Source of the DNA: Antedon mediterranea | Taxonomy: Eukaryota; Animalia; Echinodermata | Direction: 5' to 3' | Assembly (NCBI RefSeq): GCF_964355755.1 | Contig: NC_092674.1 | Span: 30,442,001-30,506,000, forward strand | Length of the DNA stretch: 64,000 nucleotides | Shown here: piece by piece, positions 40,901 through 53,303 of the stretch | Layout: each line of letters opens with the position of its first letter | Numbering within the stretch: position 1 is the stretch's first letter | Program-made: the position numbers and the translations under genes | The notes under the pieces: generated by a model | The model's input: only the letters and a program-made list of their open reading frames with translations | Told to the model about the DNA's origin: nothing | Databases searched by the model: none

Positions 40901-40944
40901 TTTCAGGTGGAGCCATAAATTATTCTGTTGAAAATGAACAGTAA
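25909..40944 (+). CDS. ZDHHC20: DHHC palmitoyltransferase, ZDHHC2/15/20 family (likely co-orthologue). Exons: 25909-26017, 26789-26830, 30033-30128, 31401-31521, 31941-32010, 33289-33442, [34186-34315 or 34369-34501], 35653-35782, 37925-38052, [38871-38977 or -38966], 40907-40944
   Basis: Spliced translation [35 protein letters not shown]..., [71 protein letters not shown]...[24 protein letters not shown]. All junctions are GT-AG and phase-consistent. Confidence 0.92.
26604..26719. mobile_element. Short MITE with TIR taaggtttatcgcaaatagc (second copy at ~46367-46550)
   Basis: Inverted termini; internal tttgctcccaaa...ccatc core shared by both copies. Confidence 0.55.
28082..28178. mobile_element. 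Harbinger-type MITE family A, partial
   Basis: cactatcaaac...gatagtgtagacagagctt. Confidence 0.65.
29427..29590. mobile_element. Degenerate Harbinger-type MITE related to family B
   Basis: aagctcggttcta...taggaaccaaact with an internal gaccaatcac core. Confidence 0.45.
29790..29938. mobile_element. Harbinger-type MITE family A, preceded by a 60-bp tandem duplication (~29678-29791)
   Basis: ctctgtctacactgtcaaac...tgtagacagcgctt. Confidence 0.7.
35424..35550. mobile_element. Harbinger-type MITE family A
   Basis: tta|agctctgtctacactatcaaac...gtttgatagtgtagacagaact|tta. Confidence 0.8.
36068..37298. repeat. GC-rich minisatellite, 44-bp unit x ~28, in a ZDHHC intron
   Basis: gttccctccgtaccggtgagtacaagggtagcacacattgcaca, period 44 (36068 to 36112). 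Confidence 0.97.
37366..37478. mobile_element. Harbinger-type MITE family A (degenerate)
   Basis: tctacactagcaaac...gtttgatagtgtagacagagctt. Confidence 0.65.
38467..38625. mobile_element. Harbinger-type MITE family A
   Basis: agctctggttacaccatcaaac...gatagtgtagacagagct. Confidence 0.75.
38689..38810. mobile_element. Degenerate hAT-like MITE
   Basis: cagtagtggatccagga...agatctgcccc resembles CAGTGGCGGATCCAG...GGATCCGCCACTG termini; no clean TSD. Confidence 0.35.
39414..39553. mobile_element. Harbinger-type MITE family A
   Basis: agctatgtctacactatcaaac...gtttgatagtgtagacagagct. Confidence 0.8.
39853..40732. mobile_element. Tc1/mariner-like MITE expanded by internal minisatellites (64-bp x ~4 at 39899-40165; 34-bp x ~14 at 40231-40714)
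   Basis: ta|CAGTGGAAACGCTATTAAGGGGAGACC start and degenerate GAGAGATTGTACTA|ta end; tandem units read directly. Confidence 0.6.
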
Positions 40945-41928
40945 CATACTCAGTGCATCACGAAATGTTGTTATTTCTGATTAGCTCGATGTGGCCTAGG
41001 AAGGCAATCAATGTAGTCTACAAAGGCATTCAGTGTGGCCTATGAAGGCATTCAATGTGGCCTACAGGTTCATTCAATGTAGCCAATAGAGGCAATGTGG
41101 CTTGTATGTTTATACAAACAACGGTGTCAACACACATGCGAATAGTAAACTAAAGTTACCGTACATAAATATCATGTGTAAAATTTTCCTATGTGTAAAT
41201 ACCATGTACTTGTGTAAAAATATCAAATTGCTAGTAGGAGTTATGTATAGAGTATATGTGTTTAGAATCTTTCTTTTATAAAAACATATGTAAAATAATA
41301 GGCTAAAGATGATTTGCTTCACAAAAGCTGAGAGCATAATAGTAGATAAAATAAAATGTCACATATACGCATACTACACATGTAAATGTGATATTCTCTT
41401 GAACTTTTACTGAATGTACAAAATATTCACCTGGTGTAAATTCTATCTGTGTAGATACTTTATATTAGATATGAAGTCCCAGTTTAGTATGTAAGCTTAG
41501 TTCCTACTACCAGGGGTGCAGGTGTAAATTATAAACTGACCAATGACGAGTGATGGTGCACCAAATCAACACATTGTCATTGGTCAAATGTTTATCTACA
41601 TTGTAGCATTTGGTATTTGTGTAAGTACGTGCGAGTATCATCTAGGTGCCGCGGCCGCTATGTGTAAAACAGGTCGGTCAGATGTGCAGCAGTTTAGTTG
41701 CATGTGTAGATATATTTCCATGTGGAACTTCCATGCATATGTAGCAATAGGACCAAATTTCTGATGCCTTTATAGCTTATTATCCTAGTCCAGCACAAAA
41801 TAATAGATTTTATAATGTTCTGAAAATATTAAATTATTGATGTAGATGTGTCTTATAAATATTTGCTATTCTACAATATTGATGTTAATTTTTAATAGAC
41901 CTAGCATGCAAGTGTACAATAATTATTA

Positions 41929-42047
41929 AGCTCTGTCTACACTATCAAAAAAGTGTGATGTGCTCAAATATGGTAGTAATATAATTTTATCGTATCCATA
42001 TATGGGCACATTTGTTTGTCACAAAGTTTGATAGTGTGGACAGAGCT
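41929..42047. mobile_element. Harbinger-type MITE family A
   Basis: tta|agctctgtctacactatcaaa...tttgatagtgtggacagagct|tta. Confidence 0.8.
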
Positions 42048-42612
42048 TTAAGGTTTGAAGACAAAGCCTTGCTCATTTTGTTGATTTAATTTTATCCGAT
42101 TATCGTTCGTTGGTAAATGATGTAAAATATATTTAGAATTTAATATTTATGTCTGCTGTACATGGTGGTACTTTAATATATATTTAGAATTGAAATGTAC
42201 GAAAAGAAAATAATTTTATACTTATGCTTTCTTTCTTTTTTTTTTTTTGATGTAGGACTTTTTATCCTATTTTAAATAGCTGATAATTATACTAATAATG
42301 TGATTATACACCCCACCAGTATATAGCAAATAGTTGCACAAACAAATTTATTTTCCAGACCCTGCAACAATCCTAAACATTTGAAAATAGAGGTTGACAA
42401 TAGTAAATAATGCATAGTAAATGATGGATCATTATGACCTTATATAGGCATATAATTTCTAAATATGACTGTATTACTTTGTAAATTTAGTTCCGAGACC
42501 CAGCAACAGCAACAATATCCTAAAGATGTTTACAAATAGAGGTTGACAAATTTCTGAATATAGGTAGACCTACTACTATTTTCTAAATGAGATAGAGCGT
42601 AGGTAAGGTAAT

Positions 42613-42712
42613 CAAGGCCGTAGCGAGAGGTTAAAAACAAACAAAATTTGACGATCCGTGCAGTGGAATTTGAGTGGGTTGTGGAATTTGGAAATTTCTG
42701 TCTACGGCCCTG
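42613..42712. mobile_element. Short hAT-like MITE remnant
   Basis: caaggccgtag...ctacggccctg inverted termini; TSD not clean. Confidence 0.4.
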
Positions 42713-43210
42713 GTAATGTATCGCACAAAATATTCTTCCTTAAATTTAGGCATATCATTACTAAATATGAGTGTAGGTGTACTGTACTACTATACTATTT
42801 TGTAAATGTCAGCGTTAGGTCATTAATGCTCCAGAAAGAAACCTACAGTATTATTTATAATTAACATATCAATAATAATTTCATTTAAGTGTGGGTCAAT
42901 AAGATATACCTTTTTAACGTAATATTCAAATTATTACTCTTTCAATGTTAGTTATGTTTTAAATACAGTGTAAAATGGTCTTTATTCTTAAGTACGTACT
43001 CAACTTAGTATGGTGTGTTTCACCTGTATATTTGATTGGTTGAACTCTATTTGTTTTACTTTTACACATTTGTATTTGCAATGAGTAAATAAATCCAATA
43101 TTGTTTTCAATAATGTGCATTAATTGTTTTCTGAAATAAAAACAATGTTGCGTTGAACTCCGTTGTACTGTTTTATTTACTATTGAGCACTGTGCTGTCC
43201 ACTATGTTTA

Positions 43211-43371
43211 AAGCCTTGTCTAAAACTATCAGACTTTATGTGACAAAAAAATGTGATGTGCTCATTTATGGACATGGTGGTGTCATCACTACCACATTTG
43301 GTCATATCACTACCATATTTGGGCACATCACACTTTTTTTGTCAAACTAGGTTGATAGTGTAGATAGAGCT
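43211..43371. mobile_element. Harbinger-type MITE family A
   Basis: agccttgtctaaaactatcagac...gttgatagtgtagatagagct|taa. Confidence 0.7.
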
Positions 43372-44437
43372 TAAAGCACGACACTGTATATTGATATGAT
43401 GTAAAGCGTTTTAAAATATTTAAAAGTTTATCATTATTTACATTTATAAAATGTGTTGACAATTTACAGGCTTCTTGAAAATTGTTTTTGAGACGGAAAA
43501 TCTCTTATAAAAGATAACGCCCATTTAATTGCAGTTATGAGAGGCCATCGGGGCCAAAATGATGATTCAAAAGTTGCGAAAAGCAGACGATATGGAGGCC
43601 TACCTTGTTTTGGATAAAAAACAAAATACGGATTTTTTGGACGTGAGATCAGTTTGAAGTACATCATTATTCACTTATAAAAGGTAAGTAGAACTTTATT
43701 ACCTTATTTTTTAATTGCCTAGGCATCTAATTACTCGTTTAAGATTACAATTTTCCGCTAGGCTAGGCCTGGTCCAAAAGTTGAGATAGGCTAAGTCGCC
43801 TACCTAGTTCAAGACCAGAGTCTGAGCGGCCGCGGTGATGATTCTTAATCGTAATGACCGGGCGGGCCTGAAAATAATTTCCTAATTCAATCTTTGTTTA
43901 GATTATTTTGTTTAATACGTAATTAAGATTGATTATGTTAATTTATTGCAATACATCATGTCCTGGATGAATACAAATATAGGCCTACCAAGCCAAGCCT
44001 TTTCAAGTTATGATGAATAGGCCTATTTTTGTTGTCGTCGTAAATTGTGATATTCAGCACTGTTGAGTTTTCTAAGATTTGCATATTACCACTGCAAACA
44101 TGATCAGGACAAATGCTGGATGTTTTAAATGAAATATTTGATTTGTTTGTTTTATGAAGTTAGTCAGCGCATTATTATTTAATGTTTAATGTTTTAGGTA
44201 AGAAATAAACATGTTCATATAGACTGACCTAGTAATTTGTTGAATAGGCCACTTGAGCCTTGCAGAAACTAAAGAAGAAATGAACTGATTTTATGTTTTG
44301 CGTCCCGTTTTTATTAGATAGCTTCTTGCTTATTTTATTCGTATCTCCATCCATGTCCACAACATTGTTTCAGTAATTTGTCATTGAATGTATAGTCATG
44401 ATGTATCACATGTGTCATACTAAAAATATCTTCTAAA

Positions 44438-47400
44438 TTATTTCGTCGAATTTCCTTTCACATTACTTAATGTACTCATCACTTTTTTGCTTTTCCCTTC
44501 AAGTACTTCAGTTACCAACGTGTCCTTAAACGAGTACCATGCTCTGCCCTCACGAATTTTCGTCAAAGTTTCTTTCGGTTGAGGAAAATTGATTGCCTAA
44601 AACAAACAAAAAGTTTATCCACCTGCACCTAATTATCAAAACCTTTTAGAAAAACAGATGTAATAATTCCTATGCTTTTGAAGAATGTTTGCCTTGTTGA
44701 ATGTTGTAACACAGTAAAGCTTGTTCCCACTAGGACGCAACGCAATGACGTTAAGCGTAGTTCCCACTAGCGACGCAACGCAATGACGTTAAGCGTGGTT
44801 CCCACTAGCGACGCAACGCAATGACGTTAAGCGTGGTTCCCACTAGCGACGCAACACAAGGACGTAACGCAACGCAAGTGAATTGACCAATCACAAGCGT
44901 TGTGATTGCTAACTGTCTATAACTTCGCTTGTCATTGGTTAAAACGCTTGCGTTACGTTTACGTCCTTGCGTTAGTGGGAACCAAGCTTTAAGCGCGCCG
45001 CAAGTATTCACGGCGCGATGGATTATAGGAACTGTCGCTTGTAATTGGTCAAATTGTGTTGCGCCTATATGACGTTGCATTGCATCCTAGTGAGAACCAA
45101 TCTGTAATCGATATTTTGAAGCTTTTTAAAGATTCCATCACCTACCATCGTGTTAATTGTTTGCAACATCTTTATGGTATTTTCATTTTTAAAAAACTTC
45201 TTAGAAACAAGAATGCAGTGACAACCCTCACTGACTAAGCTTAGTTTGTTCTTAGACTTTCGTAATACGGTTTCCAGACCCTGTGAATTGAACAATTTCC
45301 TACAGTCACCATATTTGAAAAATAGTTTTATATCATGTTAGGCTTTGGTTCAGAGAAGGGGTTATTGCTACAGGAGTCCTTCAATAATAAAGGTATACCA
45401 GGTACACCTATATCTAGATTTCGCCAGTATCATAGGCATATTTGGTAATACAACATCACATGTTTCACATATATCCCTTAGAGTATCATATACCATCACC
45501 TAGCCATTGTCCTTCCATAGGCACCACATATGCGTTACATGTATTACCAAATCATTGACACTATGGGCAAATATTGTAGTGTGTGGAGATACCGCACTGA
45601 GAATCCAGGAAAACCAGGGAAGAGATATTTCACTTCATGGATTTACCAAAGTAGTCCATTGGAATTAAGTTGATTCTTTCGACTTCATGGGCTATCCTTG
45701 GTTTCTTATTTAATGTATTTGCTTGTAAATTGTTTGTATTCATTGCCTTGTAATCTTATGTTGAAACCGAAGAAAATAAAATAAAATCAGTCATATACCG
45801 CACGCGCAGTATGTTGAATGTTATGGAATCAGTTAATAAGTAAAAACATGATGTAAACAAGTTGTAATGTTCATTATTCCCATCACATTTCCTAATTAGT
45901 AATATGTTTTAGTACAACTTACAAACACGGATCCAGCGCCAAGCTCAGCTATCTGTGCGTACGTTGTAACTGTGTTATGTTTGATGACAGATTCATTGAT
46001 TTCATATTCCATTGGATTATCTTGTACCTGTAAAACAATTGCAAATAAATATTTTTATAAAACATCTCCGTAGAATCATGGATTAAGGAATTTAATCCAT
46101 GGTAGAATGAAGTGAATATTGGATTGATGTATTACACTTGCATTCAGCAAATAATCTTTTTTTCTCCAACCTCTTTTTCTGTTAAACCGCTTGCAGTAAA
46201 CCCAACTCGTTTCCACGTTCTCTGGATACCATCACAGTTAATAGGTTCTGTAATATTGTCTATGTTTTAAAATTAAAACAAATTAGTTTATGTAATTATT
46301 CTTATAATTATTGTTGTGTAGGTCACAGGTCATCTCTGAATAAGTAGCATTTTTATCATCGATGTCATAAGGTTTATCGCAAATAGCGTGCGCCAATGCA
46401 AGATAGGAAGGGTTTGGGAGCAAACGCCGCCACAACGCTTACCTACGTGATTTGTTGGTTGTACGTACGCGTCGTTACGTTTGCTCCCAAATCCTTTCCA
46501 TCATGCATTGTGCAATGGCATTCTTCCCGAAATCAAGCTATTTGCGATATTATCGCATTATTCTTCGTATAATTTTAAACTAATCTTTATCAAACAAAAT
46601 AAAAGTTCTGTTATATCTTAAAAGTACCGACCTTCATTTTTTAACTGAAGTTGTTGAGGAGACTGAATAAATATCTTCTGAAAATCATCATGTCTAAAAT
46701 GTTCAAATCTCTTCGGTTGTTGTAACTTCTTCTGTAAAGAAACATTTAAAGCACAATAATTCAAACAAATGAACGCCCAAAATCCTATAAAAAGCTTTTT
46801 AAACATTTAAAAACATTTAAACAATAAAAGTCAGTATTATATTACCTCTACGTCATCAAATATAGATGTTCGCTTATTGAATATTCTATCAACCGGGACT
46901 TGAGCAGTGTTTATCCTTTTCTTTGTTTCGAAAAATGACACTGTTTGGTAAAATAATAGTGATTAACTGGCAATTAAACATTTTGTTTGAAAACCTAAAC
47001 AAACCAATCATTGAATTGAACAACAACCAAGGTAACCGAATACTGTATCTTGTGGTCACAAGTAAGATTTTATTGCGTAATTTAAACTGCGCAAAAAGTT
47101 TGTAATACTACTTAAACACAATGTTTATACATACTACTCTTTCTCAGAACCGCAGTAGTTTTCCAGTCTTCTTTACGTCTGCTGCAGTAATCGACTTTTG
47201 AATGCGGTCGTTTGATTGGTTCTGATATTTCAGAGACTACCTTACATTTTCCCTGAAAAAAAGATAGGGATGGGGAAGAAAGTTGTAAATTGTTTAAATC
47301 CTGGTTAGTTAGTCTAATTACTGTATAATCAATTTTGGAACTGTAGTAGCAGTACTCTGTAGATACATTGATGACCTTATTATACTACTGTAAAACTTGA

Positions 47401-50400
47401 AATTTAGACATTATGTTAGACACACCATATCGAGGTTTCTCCACTTACCGATTTTACTATAGCAATATGAGCAGCTTCATTGACATTTCGTAAGATCACT
47501 GTTTCTGGTCTGCAGAAAGACAACATTTGTAAACACATCAAACAAATCTTTGTTAACTGTATTCCTACTACAAAACAATACCACTCTCCTCTAATTCAAC
47601 ACCAATTTTCACCAAAACCACCAACAAAAATCAGTTTATTTCAATTAGCCCAAATCGTAAATGTTTTAATTATCTAATAGTTCTTCCTGTCAAGTTATAA
47701 TTTAAGCTTGGGTTCCCATTTGGAAGCAACGTAAGGACGCAGTTAATTTTACCAATCACAAGCGTTGGATCATTCGAACTGTCACCTCTCATTGGTCAAC
47801 TCGCGTGCGTTTCGCTTACGTTGTCCTTGCGTTGCGTTCTAGTGGGAACCAACCTTTAAAGCTTGCCACTAGCGACGCAAAGCAAGAACGATTTGACCAC
47901 CAATCACAAGCGATTGATTATTCAAACAGTGGCTTGTCATTGGTTAACTGGCTTGCGTTGCGCGTACGTCATTGCGTTGCGTCCTAGTGGGAACCAACCT
48001 TTAAGAATGAATGTTGTTCTTACTTGTAATAATCACAGGTAAGATTGCTGTAGTTAGACTTTAATTCATCAACTGGTAATCCCCAGAAAAGTTCTTGTGA
48101 TTTACAGAATTTGATGAGTTCTTCACGGTCCTGTTCTAATGGGTCACGAATTAACCTTTGGAAATCCTAATGTGGTGGTAGAAAGGTCCTACAGTATTAA
48201 TTGGACGTATAGAGCAAACACAAAATACGTCACTTGGTAATAACTATGTAAAGCGTGGTTCCCACTAGCGACGCAACGCAGCAACGTTTTGACGCAAAGT
48301 GCTGTATTGCGTAATCACAAGTGCGAACCGACGACGAAACAGTGCTGCAAACATCGCAGGTTTGATTTCACACAGGCGAGGGCAAACACAATTATTAGAA
48401 GGGCATTTTCTTACGTTGCGCAGATTGCGTTACGTTGCGTCGCTAGTGGGAACCACGCTTGAGCTATCAATGCTTTTGATTAAAGTGGCTCAAGAGTTGG
48501 TAAATCAACATACCTTCTTTTCTATCATTAAAAGCTCGACATGATCTTTGCAGACGTAAGTGAACTTACGCGGTGTATCACGCAATAGTTCATGACCCTG
48601 CAAATACAAGACAATACAAACTTTAACAAATTATCAATACAACATTTGGATTATGTTAAGATAAATCAATTTTTATTCATAGAAAATGTACACCATTTTT
48701 TATTCAATTTGTGCTTAAATCCTGGCTACCATTTGAACGCAATGCAAGTACGTAAGCCCATCATAAGTTACGGAAAATTGACTAACAATCACGACGCGGT
48801 GGATCCGGACTATCTCTTGTGATTGGAAACCAAATGTTAACTTTTAATTGTTTACACGATCGACGCAACGCGACAGCGTACGTACAACGCGAGTATTTTG
48901 ACAATTACATGGCAATCCCATTACAGATCTACCGTTGGTTGGTCAAATAACTTGCATTACAGTACGTGTACATCCTTATGTCATAATATATAGACAAAAC
49001 TTTACCCCAAAGGCGTCTCCGTTTGAAACTTTAGCAACAGTTCTGACAAATGTCGTTCCATTTCTGTAGTCCATTTCACGTTCATTCACTAGACATGTTC
49101 CTGATAACATAATGTAGAAACCCGACGCACGATGCCCTTCTTTTAGAATCATTCGTCTATGTTCATATCTAGAAACAAAAATACACTGATTCAGCTACAA
49201 TATATTGTCACCCTTTCCTGGCTGGTAATTTGTGTATGGGTGCAGTTATCTTGGCCTAGTGTAGCGCTCCCCTCATGTGTACACGCCCTGTGACCTCTGA
49301 TAAGTCCCCCCCCCCCCATAGTGTACTGTATGATTGGATCATCTCGATCCTTGGTTTTCTGTGTTTTTTTAAATTTTAATTTTAATGTAATGTAATACCA
49401 GCAGAAACTTACGTAACGAAATGCATAACTTTAGCTAGTGACAGCTGAGTTTGTTTTGAATAGTTTCCAAAGGTTTTATTGCTTCTTAGTAAGGCTATAA
49501 CCTGGAGAGGCTACAGAAAAACATTCAGATTCAGTAAACTTTTCAGCGTAAACAACATGATTTATTGTTAGGCATATTGTAAATCATTCGATTTATTGTA
49601 AGACGACATAATCAGAACCTTTTGGAACATTTTCACCAGTGTTAGCCAAGTGAAATGAAAATAATAATTAAAATATTCCTGGCAAATAATGAATTAAATA
49701 AATCCAGCATGTGTTTTTATCAATGTAATGTACTGGAAGGCTATTTCATCTACAACATTATAATATTATTGTTTACCGTTTCTAACTCTTCTTGTTGTCT
49801 TCTTTCTGGTTTCTTCGTTAATATCAGTTTAAGTTTTTCTGATCCTCTTTTCTGAAATGTATAAGAAAGACGGTACAGTATGACTATGTTCGAAAGAAAA
49901 TTGTACTTTTTATTTAGAGAAAGTGTGTAAGTTGTTATGTCCTGTTAAATACCGGTAAACCTTTTTTTATAAGTGTTTACAATTTCTTCTTTACAGTCTA
50001 TTACTAAAAACATTCTTACTCTAATAGTTTTACTTACAAGTCGTAAATTAGACAACATACATCGGTGAAATGCCAAGGAATCCTCTATATCAGCTCTTAT
50101 GAAAAGATCCATCTCTACTAACGACCACAGTTTTGTTTCATCAAGTTTCACATAGCTGTAAATAAGTATCAATAATAATTCATTCTCATAAATACATTCT
50201 GATTGATTAGTTACATAGTCGTTTTCGTGCTACCTTACCTGGATAAACCTGTAATATCCCGAGGGAGACTATTTTACGATAACAATTCCTTTAGCACCCC
50301 TTTTATAATAATGGACTAATCCGACAATTTTAGTAAACTGACTGCATTTGTATTTTGATAGATCTTCCATAAATAAACATGAAAATGATACAAAAACACT

Positions 50401-51823
50401 GTTGGTTTTTATTGTGGGGTCATTTTGGAAAGTTTACTTGTGCATTTTGTGTAAATGTATTCAGCTTGTCTTCCGTCTATCAATATATTTGTTTCTGCAG
50501 TACATTGCTTGGGTTTATCAAACGGTTTGTAGGTTTCAATGACACCGAAATTTTACTACGACTTTTTAATGCACTATGTCGACCTGTTATTGAATATGGT
50601 GCTCCTGTGTGGGATCCACATCAAAAACAACATAATATAGCTATTAACAAGTCATTAAGACGGCGGGTTACTAAATTGTGTGTTGAAGGCGATTTCACTG
50701 ACAGGCTTAAGATACTAAATTTACCAGATATGGTTCAAAGAATGAAATTTCATAGTATAATTTTTGTAGTTAAGTGTTTGCATAATTTAATTGATTTTGA
50801 TATATTTGAATACCTTACAATTAATTCTCGGTATCCAGAGTCCCTCACCTTTAAACACATGTATGCTAGAACTAATGCATTTAAATACTCCCTGTTTGTT
50901 AATTTCCCTCGAATATGGGAATGTATCCCGCATAAAGTTCGTAACAAAGTCCTGTTTAACTTTGGGGGGTTTAGAAGGGATTTGAAAAAATGTATTACTG
51001 ATATCGAATTCATCTAGACTATCTCTGTGTATTTATGTCTATTACGTTTTTCGTACTATTAGTTGGGAAAGCCACTCGACAGTGCAGTTCTTTTGAACTG
51101 ATCCACTTTTGGTTACCCGCATGTGCTAGTACTTTTGTTCTGTTTTGTTGATTGATGCCGTACCTTGTTTATGATTTTTGTATGTTACCTGGAAATTGAA
51201 TAAAAAAAAAAAAAAAAAAAATACATCACGGTCATGCGTCATTTGAGCGTCGTTTATGACATGAACACGTACCTTTTCAATGCGAGACAAATGGCAGCAA
51301 TAACACGAACTGTTTTGGAAACTCTTCTAAACTTGTTATATGGCTTGAATTATAAAGAAATAAAATCGTTAAAAAAACAAACAAAAAACACGTATGTGAC
51401 GTCATTTTCACGCTATAGAGGAACGTACAGTATTTTCTTACCGTTTCATTAGCTCTTGTGGAGATCTGAAACAAAAATATAATTTGAGAAACTTATGATT
51501 GTAAATTATTGTAAAAGGCTGATTATTTGTTACCATACAAATAAAGTTACAGCAATGCATAATGTCTACAATATGCACAAATAAAACATTCTAGTGTGCA
51601 TTGAATTGATAAATATAAGCCCAAAGTCACGAACCTGTTGGATGGTATGTTGCCGTCGTGTTTGAAGTGATTTTCTAACATTCCTCAAAGCATCTAGCGT
51701 CACATTATCAGCACTGTAACGACATTGCTCCTCCAAATATGTTGCCCGTGTTGAAAGCATAGTTTTGCATTTTTGAAAATGAGACGGAAACACGTCAGTT
51801 GATGTTCTAGCGATACTGGCCAT
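44438..51823 (-). CDS. Cyclic nucleotide-binding domain-containing protein (CNBD2/CNBD1-like, two cNMP-binding domains). Approx. exons: 51635-51823, 51443-51466, 51273-51343, 50038-50155, 49777-49851, 49412-49500, 49005-49168, ~48514-48597, 48024-48166, 47449-47509, 47132-47252, 46846-46942, 46629-46735, 46139-46260, 45923-46027, 45146-45299, 44438-44596
   Basis: Hand-spliced translation MASIARTS...PYNKFRRVSKTVRVIAAICLALK...LILTKKPERRQQEELETVIALLRSNKTFGNYSKQTQLSLAKVMHFVTYEHRRMILKEGHRASGFYIMLSGTCLV...VAKVSNGDAFGGHELLRDTPRKFTYVCKDHVELLMIEK gives a canonical cNMP-binding fold. A second domain follows (...IAIVKSGKCKVV...LSLVSEGCHCILVSKKFF). Stop TAA at 44438-44440. Confidence 0.82.
44718..44988. 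mobile_element. Harbinger-type MITE family B (AGCTTGGTTCCCACTAG...CTAGTGGGAACCAAGCT) with left end tandemly repeated
   Basis: gttcccactagcgacgcaacgcaatgacgttaagcgt repeated 3-4 times; the right TIR is followed by tta. Confidence 0.75.
46077..46101. mobile_element. 25-bp palindrome with perfect 7-bp target duplication; candidate P-superfamily footprint
   Basis: gtagaat|CATGGATTAAGGAATTTAATCCATG|gtagaat. Confidence 0.7.
47705..48000. mobile_element. Two adjacent Harbinger-type family B MITEs
   Basis: Both end ctagtgggaaccaacct (~47855 and ~48000) and share a gaccaatcacaagcg core. Confidence 0.7.
48252..48459. mobile_element. Harbinger-type MITE family B (long subtype)
   Basis: agcgtggttcccactagcgacgcaacg...cgttgcgtcgctagtgggaaccacgct; near-identical inverted copy at 51842-52043. 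Confidence 0.8.
50504..51221 (+). mobile_element. 5'-truncated LINE (CR1/L2-like ORF2 C-terminus, 3' UTR, poly(A)) in an intron of the CNBD gene
   Basis: LLGFIKRF...LLRLFNALCRPVIEYGAPVWDPH...RLKILNLP...YSLFVNFPRIWE is the post-RT region. AATAAA runs into poly(A) ending at 51221. Possible TACAT duplication at both ends. Confidence 0.85.
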
Positions 51824-51841
51824 ATTTCTGTCAACCCCTCA

Positions 51842-52043
51842 AGCGTGGTTCCCACTAGCGACGCAACGTAACGCAATCTACGCAACGTAAAAAAATGCCC
51901 TTCCAATAATTATGTTTGCCCCCCGCCTGCGTGAAATCAAAGCTGTGATGTTTGCAGCACTGTTGCGTCGTCGGTTCCCACTTGTGATTACGCAATACAG
52001 CACTTTGCGTCAATACATCGTTGCGTTGCGTTGGAACCACGCT
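51842..52043. mobile_element. Harbinger-type MITE family B (long subtype)
   Basis: Inverted copy of 48252-48459. Confidence 0.8.
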
Positions 52044-52555
52044 TTAACGGTTTAGTTTGACCAGAATGATTTTGTAGTAATAGACCTGCGTTGCAACGTT
52101 TCTATGTCGGCCTTATATATATATACATATCCTACATGATCAGGTTGCTTTCTACGTACCGTTTAGGATCATTATGTCTCTAGCAAATTACAACCATCCA
52201 TCTGACGTGCTTCGTTGACTGTTATGCCAACCCCGTTAGAAGCTTATGTTAGGTCTCGTTTTTTATGTTCGTATCAGATTGTTGTCGTTCAAAACGATTC
52301 TATGCTATCGATTTATCTGATTGGTCGATAGTAAGCTTTGCACAATTGTTTTTGTACTGTGTTTATAATGTTGATTGTTGAAATCTTGTCATCAATAAAA
52401 ACATTACCAATACATTTTGAACAAATACTTGAAGTAAATAATTAATTTGGTCTAAAGGCCAATATTCAAGGTCAATAATCTGTCATCATTTTGTCATTGC
52501 TAATTAGTAGGGTTAAAGATTATTGTGATAAAAGTTTGAAATCGATTGACAATTA

Positions 52556-53303
52556 AGCTTGGTTCCCACTAGCGACGAAACGTAATGAAGCCTACGCAAC
52601 GTAATGCTTGGTTCCCACTAGGACGTAAGCAAGTAGACCAATGACAAGCGACAGTTTGAATGATCCATCGCTTTTGATTGGTCAACTCACTTGCGTTGCG
52701 TCCTTCTGTTGCCTCTCTATTCAAATTCAAATTCAAATAAACATTTATTTCTTTCATTCATATTTGAGTAAAAAAACATTATAATTTCTGATATTTTATA
52801 AATAAATATTTTTTTTTTTTTAGAGATATAATACAGTAAATCATAATGTATAAAAAGATGATTCAGTTATATACAAAATGAAAGAGGCAAAAAAACCCAA
52901 GAAAGTATCGATCAATTGGAAACAAAAATCCAATTGAAACTTGTATGTTGGGAAGCCATGTAAGAATATTATATACTTATATATATAAATGTAAACATAT
53001 AACTACACATACACAAAAAGATCAACAGACACACACACACACCAACAGAAAAGGAAGCAATTTCGAAAAAGTATTAATTAAAAATATTACAAAATAGAGA
53101 AAACAATTAGTTATAATTTGAAATAAGTCTAAGTCTATAGTCGGAACCAAGCATAAGGAATAATAATAATGCCCGCCTGCGTGAAATCAAACTTGCAATG
53201 TTTGCAGCACTGTTGCGTCGTCGGTTCCCACTCGTAATTACATAATACAGCACTTTGCATCAATTACGTTTGCGTTACGTTGCGTCTTCAGTGGGAACCA
53301 CGC
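52556..53303. mobile_element. Family B MITE (52556-53153) interrupted by a retroposon 3' end, followed by a partial family B copy (~53170-53303)
   Basis: The left TIR aagcttggttcccactag and right TIR tagtcggaaccaagc are separated by the 52719-53130 insert. Confidence 0.65.
52719..53130 (-). mobile_element. Non-LTR retroposon 3' end with (TTTGAA)n tail; same family as 60261-60590 and 63938-64000
   Basis: Reverse complement matches 60261-60590 over ~330 bp, including the (TG)n, AATAAA and tail. Confidence 0.8.

Noticed and set aside
45606-45647. Possible fourth P-type footprint cagggaagagatatttcacttcatg
   Set aside because: Flanks (ggaaaac / gatttac) do not form a duplication and the right arm is poor.
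50238-50497. Possible extra CNBD-gene exon bounded by AG/GT on the minus strand
   Set aside because: Stops in all three frames, and the neighbouring exons already join in phase.
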